From contig PBIX01000007.1 of NCBI GenBank assembly GCA_002720975.1, positions 58,251-122,250 on the forward strand: a DNA stretch of 64,000 nucleotides, given 5' to 3'. Of the stretch, positions 27,483 through 36,024 are shown piece by piece. The notes beneath the pieces are model-generated. The model was given only the letters and a program-made list of their open reading frames with translations. It made no database searches and had not been told where the DNA came from. A program made the position numbers and the translations under genes. This stretch comes from Planctomycetota bacterium. Lineage in GTDB: Bacteria; Planctomycetota; UBA1135; GCA-002686595. How positions within the stretch are numbered: the stretch's first letter is position 1; every line of letters starts with the position of its first letter.

Positions 27483-27751
27483 TTGGATTGCATCGAGCTG
27501 GGGATGGACTTGGCCTGGTGGTCGAGCGTGTGAAGGAACGCCATGACGGAATTCGCCATGTCGGTACGGCCGTGGTCGACACAGACTTGGGAGAACTTGC
27601 TCAGGGCAGTCTTGACCTTCTTGACTTCCTTCAAGACCGGGGCGTCCGAGCGCTGCTCCTGTTGCACCTTGCTCTTGAGTTTCTCGAGTTGACTTTCGAG
27701 TTTGCTCAGCCGTTCTTCATCCGTCCGACGAGTGTATGCGCGCTTTGTCAT
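27479..27751 (-). CDS. Small hypothetical protein (90 aa) with a coiled-coil N-terminal half
   Basis: MTKRAYTRRTDEERLSKLESQLEKLKSKVQQEQ.... ATG start and plausible codon usage. GC is somewhat lower than in the neighbours. Confidence 0.5.
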   Translation of the reverse strand: MTKRAYTRRTDEERLSKLESQLEKLKSKVQQEQRSDAPVLKEVKKVKTALSKFSQVCVDHGRTDMANSVMAFLHTLDHQAKSIPSSMQSK

Positions 27752-28172
27752 GGGTCTTGTGGGAGATAGTGGAGTTGCGGCAATGTGCCTATCCTTGCTC
27801 CCAGTCTTGGTTTCGATTGGAGTGTCTACTTACATCAGAGGCAGACAATTGGCGTTATCGCTTCGCCCCGGTTTACATCGGGAAACGACTGTTTGGAGAG
27901 TGCTAAGGTCTCAGCACGGAGCTTCCTGCGGGTAATCGTGCTCCCAAGAAGGGTGCGTCAGGCCGAGATTGGAAAAGGGAAGTGAGGCCCTAAATGGGTC
28001 CTCCGTGCCTTCATTAACCAATCTAGCCCTTTCCACGCATTCGTCAAGGGGCGGCAGAACCCAAAAGGTGCAACCCGCATCGAAATAAGACCAATCAGCA
28101 TTGGAACAGGGAGCGTCGACCTCCCCAAACCCTCTGCCTTCTGTATACTCCTGCGCCCTACGGTGCGCTCAT

Positions 28173-28201
28173 TTCATTGGTGCATCGCCCCCTAGCATAA
28201 T
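28173..28201 (+). promoter_or_regulatory. Candidate sigma70-type promoter for the hpt operon
   Basis: ttcatt (28173-28178), a 17-nt spacer, then cataat (28196-28201). It lies 36 nt upstream of the GTG start at 28237. Pattern match by eye only. Confidence 0.3.
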
Positions 28202-28236
28202 CCCGGCGCATTCTCAGCGCCCGAAGAGGCACCAGA

Positions 28237-28794
28237 GTGCACCAAGACATCGACCACGTTCTCTTCTCGGAAGAGGCCATCCTGGATGGCATCGAAGCGG
28301 TAGCTGCTGAAGTGACCGAGGCCTACCGCGGTCAGGAATGGACCGTCGTGTCCATCCTGAAGGGTTCCTGCATCTTCGCCTCTGATCTTGTGCGCCGCAT
28401 TCCGATCCCGTTGCAGATGGCCTTTGTCGCCGCGCACAGCTATGGGAAAGGGACGCAATCCGGCGAATTGCACGTGGATTTCCTGCCGAACGGGGACGAG
28501 ATCGAGGGCTGCAACATCCTGTTGGTGGACGACATTCTAGACACGGGGCGAACCATGCACGCCCTCAAGAATGAGCTTCTGGATCGGGGGGCGACACAGG
28601 TCAAGACCTGTGTGTTCCTCGATAAGCCATCCCGCCGTGAGCTGCACCTTGAGCCGGACTTTCGCGTGTTCGAAGTGCAGAACGAATTCGTCGTCGGCTA
28701 TGGATTGGATTTTGCTGGTCGTTATCGAAACCTCCCCTACGTCGGTGCCCTGAAGCCAGCTGTCTTTGAGCGCATCGAGGGAGAAGAGGCGTGA
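28237..28794 (+). CDS. hpt: Hypoxanthine(-guanine) phosphoribosyltransferase
   Basis: PRPP-binding motif ILLVDDILDTGRTM with KTCVFLDKPSRR downstream. GTG start preceded by gaagagg. Confidence 0.85.
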   Translation: MHQDIDHVLFSEEAILDGIEAVAAEVTEAYRGQEWTVVSILKGSCIFASDLVRRIPIPLQMAFVAAHSYGKGTQSGELHVDFLPNGDEIEGCNILLVDDILDTGRTMHALKNELLDRGATQVKTCVFLDKPSRRELHLEPDFRVFEVQNEFVVGYGLDFAGRYRNLPYVGALKPAVFERIEGEEA

Positions 28795-29810
28795 CCGAGT
28801 ACTTGGAGGTGGCCGAGAAGCGGGTCGGGCTGGAGCTGGATGAGTTCCTCTGTCTGGCCTATCCCATGGCCAACAAGGGCTTCATTCGGCGTCAAATCCG
28901 AGCAGGCCGTGTACTCCTGGATGGAGCAGAGGCTCGACCTTCGGACCGTCTGCGCATGAGCAGCGTCATCTGCGTGGAGTTCGGCCAAGAGGATCTACCG
29001 GTCGCCCCCCAGGCTCCCCGCCAGGCCATCCCCATCCTGCATGAAGACGATCAGGCTCTGGTTGTCGACAAGCCTGCGGGCCTGGCCGTTGAGCCCGAAA
29101 GATGGCGCCGGGATGCGGCCTGTCTGTCCGGCGCCTTGTTGGCAGATGCGGTCCAGCGCCAGGAGGACCAGGAGGATGAGAGCCTGCCCGGATCGGTGGA
29201 GTTCCGCCCGCGACTGGTTCACCGCATAGACAAGGGCACTTCTGGCTGTGTGCTTGTGGCCAAGACCCTTGAGTGCGAGCGCACTCTGCGCGCGGCCTTC
29301 GATGAGGGTCGCGTGGGAAAGAGCTACCTGGCCCTTGTCGAAGGTGAGTATCCGGAGAGCGAGGGATGGGGCTCCATCGACCGCCCCCTCGCGCCCGACC
29401 CGCGGCGCACAGGGCGCATGCAGGTCAGTGAGAATGGCAAGCCTTCCCGCACCCGCATTGAGGTGGCAGAGCGCTTCAAGGGCTTCACCTTGCTGCGTTG
29501 CGAGCCCGTGACCGGGCGGACGCATCAGATCCGGGTCCACCTGGCCAGCGAGGGCTTTCCCCTCGCCGTGGACCCCATGTACGGCCACCGTGACGCCATC
29601 CTGCTCTCGGAACTCAAGCGCGGCTACAGGCCCAAGCCCGGCGCCGTAGAGCGGCCCCTGATTGACCGCCTGACATTGCACGCTCACACCATTCGCTTCC
29701 CCGATATTGGTGGAGATCCCAATGAATCCATCACCGTCGAGGCCCCTCTCCCCAAGGACTACTCGCGCGTGTGTACCCAATTGGCCAAGGTTCGGCCCGC
29801 AAAACCATGA
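28791..29810 (+). CDS. RluA-family 23S rRNA/tRNA pseudouridine synthase (RluD-like, with S4 domain)
   Basis: Catalytic motif HRIDKGTSGCVLVAKT and GRTHQIRVHLAS. The N-terminus is S4-like (LDEFLCLAYP...GFIRRQIRAGRVLLDG). GTGA overlap with hpt. Confidence 0.85.
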   Translation: MTEYLEVAEKRVGLELDEFLCLAYPMANKGFIRRQIRAGRVLLDGAEARPSDRLRMSSVICVEFGQEDLPVAPQAPRQAIPILHEDDQALVVDKPAGLAVEPERWRRDAACLSGALLADAVQRQEDQEDESLPGSVEFRPRLVHRIDKGTSGCVLVAKTLECERTLRAAFDEGRVGKSYLALVEGEYPESEGWGSIDRPLAPDPRRTGRMQVSENGKPSRTRIEVAERFKGFTLLRCEPVTGRTHQIRVHLASEGFPLAVDPMYGHRDAILLSELKRGYRPKPGAVERPLIDRLTLHAHTIRFPDIGGDPNESITVEAPLPKDYSRVCTQLAKVRPAKP

Positions 29811-30982
29811 GACTCAAGCAACAGCCCGGTGATTTTCGCGTCGACGAAGTCCTGCGCGACGACTATCTGCAGGCCAAAGGACGGCATCGTGTCTACCGCG
29901 TGACCAAGCGCAAGCTGACCTCCATAGAGGCGGCACGCTTTCTGGGGGAGACGGCCGGTGTCTCTGGTAGTGACGTATCCATGGCGGGCCTCAAGGACAA
30001 GCAAGGGGTTACGACCCAGTACATGAGCATTCAGAAAGGCAAGCGAGTGCAGTACAAGGATCAGGAATTGGACATCGAGACTGTGGGCTTTGGGAGAGAT
30101 GCACTCAGTAGCCACGACAGTAATGGGAATGCCTTTCAGATCATCGCGCGGGACCTAGGAGCGAGCGAAGTGGTCAAGATCCGGTCGTCCTTGGACAGCG
30201 TGCGCGAGCATGGTCTGCCGAACTACTTCGACGAGCAGCGCTTCGGAAACCTGCGACACAATCAGGGCTGGATTGCCAAGGGGTTGATGCTCGGCCAAAC
30301 AGATCAGGCGCTGAAGCGCCTCTTAACGGCCGTGTCCGATTACGACCCTGAACGCGAGAAGTCCATGAAGGTTGCTTTGGCTCGCAAGTGGGGGAATTGG
30401 CGCGCCTGTCGGGATGTTGCTGGCCGCTTCGGGCGGCACCACTCCGTGTTTGAGCACTTGCGACGCGACGAAGACGACTTTGCAGGGGCCTTTCGCTTCG
30501 TGGCTTCCCGCATACGCCTGATTCACCTCTATGCCTGGCAGTCGCACGTTTGGAACCGCGCGTTAGCCCGCCATTTCGATGGCTGCACTCCCAGCAAGGA
30601 GAAGTTCGTGGTGCGCACGCCCGAGGGTCCACAGGTCTTCCCCAAGGGGCTGGGGATGCTGCCGCCTGAGTGGGAGGGTTCCCTACCACTTCCCGGGAAC
30701 AGACTCGCCGGGGTGGAGCAGCCCGATCAGGTGGCCCTCTTCGAGGCCGTCCTGCAGCGCGAAGGCCTGACCCGCTTCCAATTCGCCATTGAGGGGGTCC
30801 CGGGCTTCGTTCTCAAGCCCGAGCCGCGACCTGCCCTGGTCGTGCCACAGAACCTCCGTATCCGACCGGCCGAACGTGATCCTCGCAATCGGGGTCAGCG
30901 CATGGTGAAACTGTCGTTTCAACTTCCGCGTGGTTCCTATGCCACCCTTGCCGTGCGCCGCCTGCTGTCCACATCACGCTAG
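29807..30982 (+). CDS. truD: tRNA pseudouridine(13) synthase TruD
   Basis: N-terminal MRLKQQPGDFRVDEVL and catalytic GLKDKQGVTTQ, with NYFDEQRFG downstream. ATGA overlap with the preceding gene. Confidence 0.85.
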   Translation: MRLKQQPGDFRVDEVLRDDYLQAKGRHRVYRVTKRKLTSIEAARFLGETAGVSGSDVSMAGLKDKQGVTTQYMSIQKGKRVQYKDQELDIETVGFGRDALSSHDSNGNAFQIIARDLGASEVVKIRSSLDSVREHGLPNYFDEQRFGNLRHNQGWIAKGLMLGQTDQALKRLLTAVSDYDPEREKSMKVALARKWGNWRACRDVAGRFGRHHSVFEHLRRDEDDFAGAFRFVASRIRLIHLYAWQSHVWNRALARHFDGCTPSKEKFVVRTPEGPQVFPKGLGMLPPEWEGSLPLPGNRLAGVEQPDQVALFEAVLQREGLTRFQFAIEGVPGFVLKPEPRPALVVPQNLRIRPAERDPRNRGQRMVKLSFQLPRGSYATLAVRRLLSTSR

Positions 30983-31000
30983 CCCAACCCCATCCACTCC

Positions 31001-31885
31001 ATGAGCTCCACACAGCAGCCTCCCATCAAGATCGGCGTCATCGGCGGCTCGGGTCTGTACGACCTCGAGGGGCTGACGGATCTGGAGGAGGTTCAGCTCT
31101 CCACTCCCTATGGCGAGCCCAGCGACGCGTTCCTCACCGGTCAGCTTGACGGGATAGATGTGGTCTTTCTTCCTCGGCACGGCCGGGGCCACCGCGTCAA
31201 TCCCAGTGAGATCAACTTCCGTGCGAACATATGGGGCCTCAAGCGCCTCGGCGTGACCCACGTGCTGTCCGTCTCCGCAGTCGGCTCCCTGCGTGAGGAG
31301 ATCGTTCCAGGGCACTTCGTCGTGATCGACCAGTTCATTGACCGCACCCGCCACCGTCCCGATACCTTCTTCGAGGATGGCATCGTGGCCCACGTGATGT
31401 TTGCCGATCCCGTCTGTAGCTCTCTGCGTGCCTCACTCCTCGAAGCCTGTGCCGAGGTGGACCTTACAGTTCATGACGGTGGCACCTACGTGAACATGGA
31501 GGGGCCCCAGTTCTCCACCCGGGCCGAGTCCAACCTGTACCGCTCCTGGGGGGCGGACGTGATCGGGATGACCACCCTCCAGGAAGCCAAGCTCGCGCGC
31601 GAGGCCGAGCTGCACTACGCCACGGTGGCCATGTCCACCGACTACGACTGCTGGCACACCGGCCACGATGACGTCACGGTGGATGCGGTGATCGCCACGA
31701 TGAGGGAGAACGTCGGCCACGCTCGCGAGTTGATTGCGCGCACCATTCGTCTCATCCCCGGGGCCACATACGCCTGCGGCTGCGATTCGGCCTTGGCCCC
31801 CGCCATCATGACGGCACGAGAGTGCATCACTCCTGAGGCCCGCTTGCGGTTGGGACCGCTGGTGGACAAGTACCTCAGCGACTGA
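31001..31885 (+). CDS. mtnP: S-methyl-5'-thioadenosine phosphorylase
   Basis: IGVIGGSGLYDLEGL, FLPRHGRGHRVNPSEINFRANIWGLK and GMTTLQEAKLAREAEL, all typical of MTAP. Confidence 0.85.
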   Translation: MSSTQQPPIKIGVIGGSGLYDLEGLTDLEEVQLSTPYGEPSDAFLTGQLDGIDVVFLPRHGRGHRVNPSEINFRANIWGLKRLGVTHVLSVSAVGSLREEIVPGHFVVIDQFIDRTRHRPDTFFEDGIVAHVMFADPVCSSLRASLLEACAEVDLTVHDGGTYVNMEGPQFSTRAESNLYRSWGADVIGMTTLQEAKLAREAELHYATVAMSTDYDCWHTGHDDVTVDAVIATMRENVGHARELIARTIRLIPGATYACGCDSALAPAIMTARECITPEARLRLGPLVDKYLSD

Positions 31886-31888
31886 GCC

Positions 31889-33538
31889 ATGGACCGCACC
31901 GTTCTCGCCCTGTGTCTGGCTGTGGCGGCCTGCTCCTCGCCACCCGGGGGGCCGCCTATCGAGGGCTGGGGAGGCTACTCGGCGGGCTATCACAACGGGC
32001 CGAAGGTGGTGCTGGGCGGGGACGGGACGGCGCGCTTTGTGGGTCCCCTTCTCGGGGGCTTTGACAAGGAGGCCGCCATGGCCACGGTGGCCGAACTCGA
32101 TCCCTGGTACCGGGAACCTGGCAACGATGGATTCGAGTTCGCCATGGATGATGTGGAGGCGAAGCTGAGGGCTGTGGGGTTCGGGTCCCGCGAGGGCTAC
32201 GAACTGCGTGAGATCCAAACGCCCATGGACACTCCGGCCTGGACCCCTCTCTCGGCCTCCTTGACTCTGCACCTTCTGGGCGAGCCCATCCAAGATCTCC
32301 ATCAGTTCCACAGCGCGGATGATTTCGAACGCACCATGCTGCCCGTTCATGCTCCCGCCTGTGACGTGCGCGGCAAACTGGAGCAGGACCTCGCCGAGCT
32401 GGACCCCGGTGAGATCCTCCTGACCGACCTCGAGCTGGACGAGGTACTTGAACAGGCTCAGGAACGAGGGGCGGCTGCCGTCCTCTCTTCCTACCTCTTT
32501 GAATTCAACGTGGATCCTCTCGGGTCCACCCGCCACCGGGATGCGATCCACTATGGCGCCGTCCCTGCCGGGACGACTCTTCCCGTGGCGCACGTCTCAC
32601 CTCGCATCCATGCCCTTTTGGCTGACTTGGAAGACTGGTCGAGTGCCGAAGTGCGCCTGCAAGCCAGCGTGCGTCTCGACGAGCGTCCGTTGCGCACCCT
32701 GGTCGCCACCGTTGTGGGTTTGGAGCAGCCGGAGGAGGTAGTGTCCCTGGTGGCGCACGTGCAGGAGCCGGGTACCAACGACAACGCCAGTGGAGTGGCG
32801 GGCCTCCTTGAAGGGGCGCTGACTCTCATGCGAGCGGTGGACGAGAGGGCCTTGCGTCGCCCCCTACGCTCCATCAGCTTCATCTGGGGCGATGAGTACA
32901 CGGCCAGCAGCGTCTTTCTTGACCACACCGAGCGCAGGGTTGTCGCCGCCATTGCGGCGGACATGATGGGCAACTCTCCGACAGAGACCGGTGCCGTGTG
33001 CCTGCTGGAGAGGGGGCCCGATCCGGGTGCCCGTTGGGTGCTGCCCCCCGATGAGCACACGGCCTGGGGGGTGGGGGAGTTGGACCCCGACTGGATCCTG
33101 CCCAGCGGGCTCGCCGTGATAGTGCGCATGGCCCTCGTGGACGTGGGCCTGGCGGTTGAGGGGTGGGAATCAGCCGAGCATCCCTGGGAGGGGGGGAGTG
33201 ACCACGACGAGTTCCTGGGACGCGGCATCCCCGCCGCGCTGCTCTGGCACTTCCCTGACTTCGCCTATCACACCAACCTCGACCGCCTCGATTTCGTGGA
33301 CTCACGCGAGCTGTATCTGAGTTCGGTGGCTCTATTGTGCGCGGGTTGTGGGGTGGCGGACGCCCGCCCCCAGGACCTGGAGCGCTACATCGAGAGCCTC
33401 TTGCACGAGCGCTACGAGCGCCAGGGCATCGTGGTCGAGGAGGAAGCGCCGGAGGAGGCGGCTCTCAACTGGGGCGAGTGGGCGACGGCTGCCAGGCGTT
33501 GGCTGGCGGCTCTGTGCAGCGGCGAATCCTCGCGCTGA
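31889..33538 (+). CDS. M28-family metallopeptidase-like lipoprotein
   Basis: Lipobox LALCLAVAAC/SS. M28 hallmark GTNDNASGVAGLLEGA, plus later GGSDHDEF (metal-ligand-like). Confidence 0.6.
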   Translation: MDRTVLALCLAVAACSSPPGGPPIEGWGGYSAGYHNGPKVVLGGDGTARFVGPLLGGFDKEAAMATVAELDPWYREPGNDGFEFAMDDVEAKLRAVGFGSREGYELREIQTPMDTPAWTPLSASLTLHLLGEPIQDLHQFHSADDFERTMLPVHAPACDVRGKLEQDLAELDPGEILLTDLELDEVLEQAQERGAAAVLSSYLFEFNVDPLGSTRHRDAIHYGAVPAGTTLPVAHVSPRIHALLADLEDWSSAEVRLQASVRLDERPLRTLVATVVGLEQPEEVVSLVAHVQEPGTNDNASGVAGLLEGALTLMRAVDERALRRPLRSISFIWGDEYTASSVFLDHTERRVVAAIAADMMGNSPTETGAVCLLERGPDPGARWVLPPDEHTAWGVGELDPDWILPSGLAVIVRMALVDVGLAVEGWESAEHPWEGGSDHDEFLGRGIPAALLWHFPDFAYHTNLDRLDFVDSRELYLSSVALLCAGCGVADARPQDLERYIESLLHERYERQGIVVEEEAPEEAALNWGEWATAARRWLAALCSGESSR

Positions 33539-33582
33539 ATTCAACGCACCACGTGGGTTCTTCCAGGCCTTAGTCTGTGGCC

Positions 33583-34704
33583 ATGAAGAACCTCCCCGTC
33601 GATTCCATTCTTGCTCGTCGGCGCTTTCTGGCTGCCGGCGTGGGTGCCGCCCTGACTCCTGCTGCTCTGGCCCGGCACCCGGGGGTCCGCTCCCAGGAGC
33701 CCGCCAAGGAGCGGCCCACCATGATCGGGTCGGCCAACGCGCTGGCAGGCATGAAGAATGTGTGGGAGTCGTTCCGAGCCGGGGGCGATCCGCTCGACGC
33801 CGTGATAGAGGTCGTCAAGGTGCCCGAGGCCAACGCAGACGACCTCTCCGTGGGCTTGGGCGGGTTGCCCGATGAGTCCGGGCATGTGACGCTGGATGCG
33901 GCGTGCATGCATGGGCCGACACACAACTCGGGCGCGGTGGGATGCCTCCAGAACATCATGCACGCAAGCGAGGTTGCACGGCTTGTGATGGAGCGCACGG
34001 ATCACTGTCTGTTGGTTGGGCAAGGCGCCTACCGCTTCGCCCGGGACCACGGGCACCCTCATGCGGAGCTGCTCACAGATCGAGCACGGCGCATCTGGAC
34101 CGCCTGGCGTGAGCGCATGAGTGAGAGCGACGACAGGCTCGCACCAGCCAAGAAGGATCAGAAGAGTGGCATGCTCTTCGATATACACGGTGAGCAGGTG
34201 ACCCTTGAGGAGATCATCGGCGACAAGCGTCCGACGGGGACCATTCACTGCTCGGCCCTCTCGACCACCGGCGAGTATTCGAGCGCCACGACCACTTCAG
34301 GGTTGGCCTACAAGGTTCCGGGGCGTGTGGGGGATTCGCCCATCGTGGGAGCGGGCTTGTATTGCGACCAGGAGGCCGGCGCGGCCGGTGCGACGGGCCG
34401 AGGCGAATCAGCGATCCTCTCGAATTCCAGCTTTGCCATGGTGGAGTTGATGCGCCAGGGGGCGAGCCCCGAGGAGGCGGGTCTGGAAGTGCTACGACGC
34501 GTGACCCGTCAAGCACAGCGGGCAGCCGCCTGGCAGCCCGGAATGGTGGACGGTCAAGGTCGACCGAGCTTTGGTCTGCACCTGTACGCCATGGGCCTGG
34601 ATGGGGCCACGGCAGGGGTCAGCCTAAAGGGCGGAGGGCGGTACGCCGTGGCAGATCTGGAGAAGGGGCCGCGGCACGAGGAGCTCGTAGCACTGCACCC
34701 CTAG
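33583..34704 (+). CDS. N4-(beta-N-acetylglucosaminyl)-L-asparaginase / Ntn-hydrolase asparaginase-2 family, with Tat signal
   Basis: Twin-arginine signal ARRRFLAAGVGAALTPAALA. Autoprocessing and active-site region is GTIHCSALS...TTTSGLAYKVPGRVGDSPIVGAGLY. ATG 33583 preferred over GTG 33577. Confidence 0.75.
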   Translation: MKNLPVDSILARRRFLAAGVGAALTPAALARHPGVRSQEPAKERPTMIGSANALAGMKNVWESFRAGGDPLDAVIEVVKVPEANADDLSVGLGGLPDESGHVTLDAACMHGPTHNSGAVGCLQNIMHASEVARLVMERTDHCLLVGQGAYRFARDHGHPHAELLTDRARRIWTAWRERMSESDDRLAPAKKDQKSGMLFDIHGEQVTLEEIIGDKRPTGTIHCSALSTTGEYSSATTTSGLAYKVPGRVGDSPIVGAGLYCDQEAGAAGATGRGESAILSNSSFAMVELMRQGASPEEAGLEVLRRVTRQAQRAAAWQPGMVDGQGRPSFGLHLYAMGLDGATAGVSLKGGGRYAVADLEKGPRHEELVALHP

Positions 34705-34722
34705 AGTTGCTCAGGTCGGGCG

Positions 34723-35751
34723 CTATTTCTCGATGCCGCCGAGCGCGCGGTATAGCTCTTCGGGGCTCAGCTTGAAGTCGCCATCGCCATCCAGCGTGTT
34801 GATCACCGTGTGTGGGCGAACGGACAGGCGCAAGGGGCGCAAGAGTCGCTCCAGATCATCTACGGTGATGAACCCATCGTTGTCCACGTCCAAGCGACGG
34901 AAGTGGGGGACAGGGCCGATGATCAGCGGTGGCAGGGGTACCGTACTGGCCTGAGAAGTGCCTACATCGGCAAATCGATTCACAGGCGTTCCGAAGAGTT
35001 CAAGTAAAGACGTGGGTGCACCTGGCAGGGTGGGTGCCGTGAGGCCATCACCCAAGCCCACGGGATTCAGGGCGGTGGGAAGTGTGGCCATTTCGGTTGT
35101 GCTCAATAACCCATCCCCCGATGCGTCGAGGCTTTGGATGACGCCCTCCGCCTCGTCGCTCTCGCGTCCGTAGTCCACCAGTAGGCTGGAGAGTTCGCTG
35201 CTGGAAAGGGCACCGTCAAGATCGGTGTCGTAGGCGTTGCGCAGCTGAACCGCACTGCGGTGGGGCGGCCTGGACTTGCGTGGAGCGCGAGAGGGAGGGC
35301 TGAAGGTGCCGCCGCCCAGGATGGAGTAGCGGTAGAACTCCTCGAATTCACTCCGAGCGAAGCGTCCATCACGGTCGGCGTCGAAGGCCTGGAAACGCTT
35401 GCGCGAGAAGCGCAATGAGTGGGAGGTCTCCGAGAACGAGAGCCACGAGTTCGAGTTGTGGTCGCAGATCGTGAACCACTCCAGGATCTGGTCAGCGTCG
35501 ACAAACGTGGTCTGTCCCGTGACGTCGCGCTCTCCGCGGGCTTGGATCTCGGCTTTCAGGTCGATGATCCTCTTGTTCAGAGGGTCCTCTACTCGTTTGG
35601 GCGCGGGCTTGGGATCGCGTGGGTTTGAACGGCCCCGAACAGGGTCCTGTGAGAATTCCCCGGCGCTCGCTGCGGGCATGGTGCTCAGCGCAGGGAGGGC
35701 CAACCAGCAGAGCGGCAGGAGAACCAGGGCGGTGGTCGTGGAGGAGGTCAT
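34723..35751 (-). CDS. Secreted multi-EF-hand calcium-binding protein
   Basis: Signal peptide MTSSTTTALVLLPLCWLALPALS. It has 5-6 DxDxDG-type loops: DADRDGRFARSEFEEF, DTDLDGALSSSEL, DASGDGLLSTTEM, DVDNDGFITVDDL, DGDGDFKLSPEEL. Confidence 0.7.
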   Translation of the reverse strand: MTSSTTTALVLLPLCWLALPALSTMPAASAGEFSQDPVRGRSNPRDPKPAPKRVEDPLNKRIIDLKAEIQARGERDVTGQTTFVDADQILEWFTICDHNSNSWLSFSETSHSLRFSRKRFQAFDADRDGRFARSEFEEFYRYSILGGGTFSPPSRAPRKSRPPHRSAVQLRNAYDTDLDGALSSSELSSLLVDYGRESDEAEGVIQSLDASGDGLLSTTEMATLPTALNPVGLGDGLTAPTLPGAPTSLLELFGTPVNRFADVGTSQASTVPLPPLIIGPVPHFRRLDVDNDGFITVDDLERLLRPLRLSVRPHTVINTLDGDGDFKLSPEELYRALGGIEK

Positions 35752-36024
35752 GAGCAGGGTGGGGACCCTTACTTATCGGCCAGGAGCCCCAGGGGAGAAT
35801 GACCATGGATCGTTTTTTTTGGCCAATTCGGACTTCTGGCCCGACCCCGTGCTCTCCCGGCCCTGTCCAGGTTGCAGTCTGCACCCCAAACCTGCCGTCG
35901 GGCCACCTGCGGGGTCGATCCCCACGCTTGCGTTTGTACATCTGCCAGGGCCTTTGGCAGGATTGCGCGGCAGTTCCACCGCTTCCGTCCCGGCGGCGAC
36001 CTCCTTCCCCCCAAGAACCAGCGT

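Noticed and set aside
27806-27825. ggtttcgattgg resembles a tRNA T-loop (GGTTCGAWTCC).
   Set aside because: The match is imperfect, and no acceptor stem, anticodon arm or D-arm can be built around it.
31433-32593. 386-aa minus-strand ORF antisense to mtnP and the M28 peptidase.
   Set aside because: Gly/Arg/His/Pro-rich nonsense composition. The plus-strand genes have clear family signatures.
35813-35820. T8 run (rare in this genome) considered as an intrinsic terminator tail.
   Set aside because: No GC-rich hairpin precedes it, and no plus-strand gene ends upstream. It lies about 60-70 nt upstream of the minus-strand EF-hand gene start, so an A-rich UP-like promoter element is more plausible. 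This remains unproven.
35752-36024. Glycine riboswitch upstream of the alanine/glycine:cation symporter gene.
   Set aside because: This is a common arrangement for AGCS genes. However, I could not find the conserved aptamer cores (GGAGAG...CACCGAAGGGGCAA / CUCAGGCAAAAGGAC-like) in the 273-nt leader. An Infernal scan would settle it.
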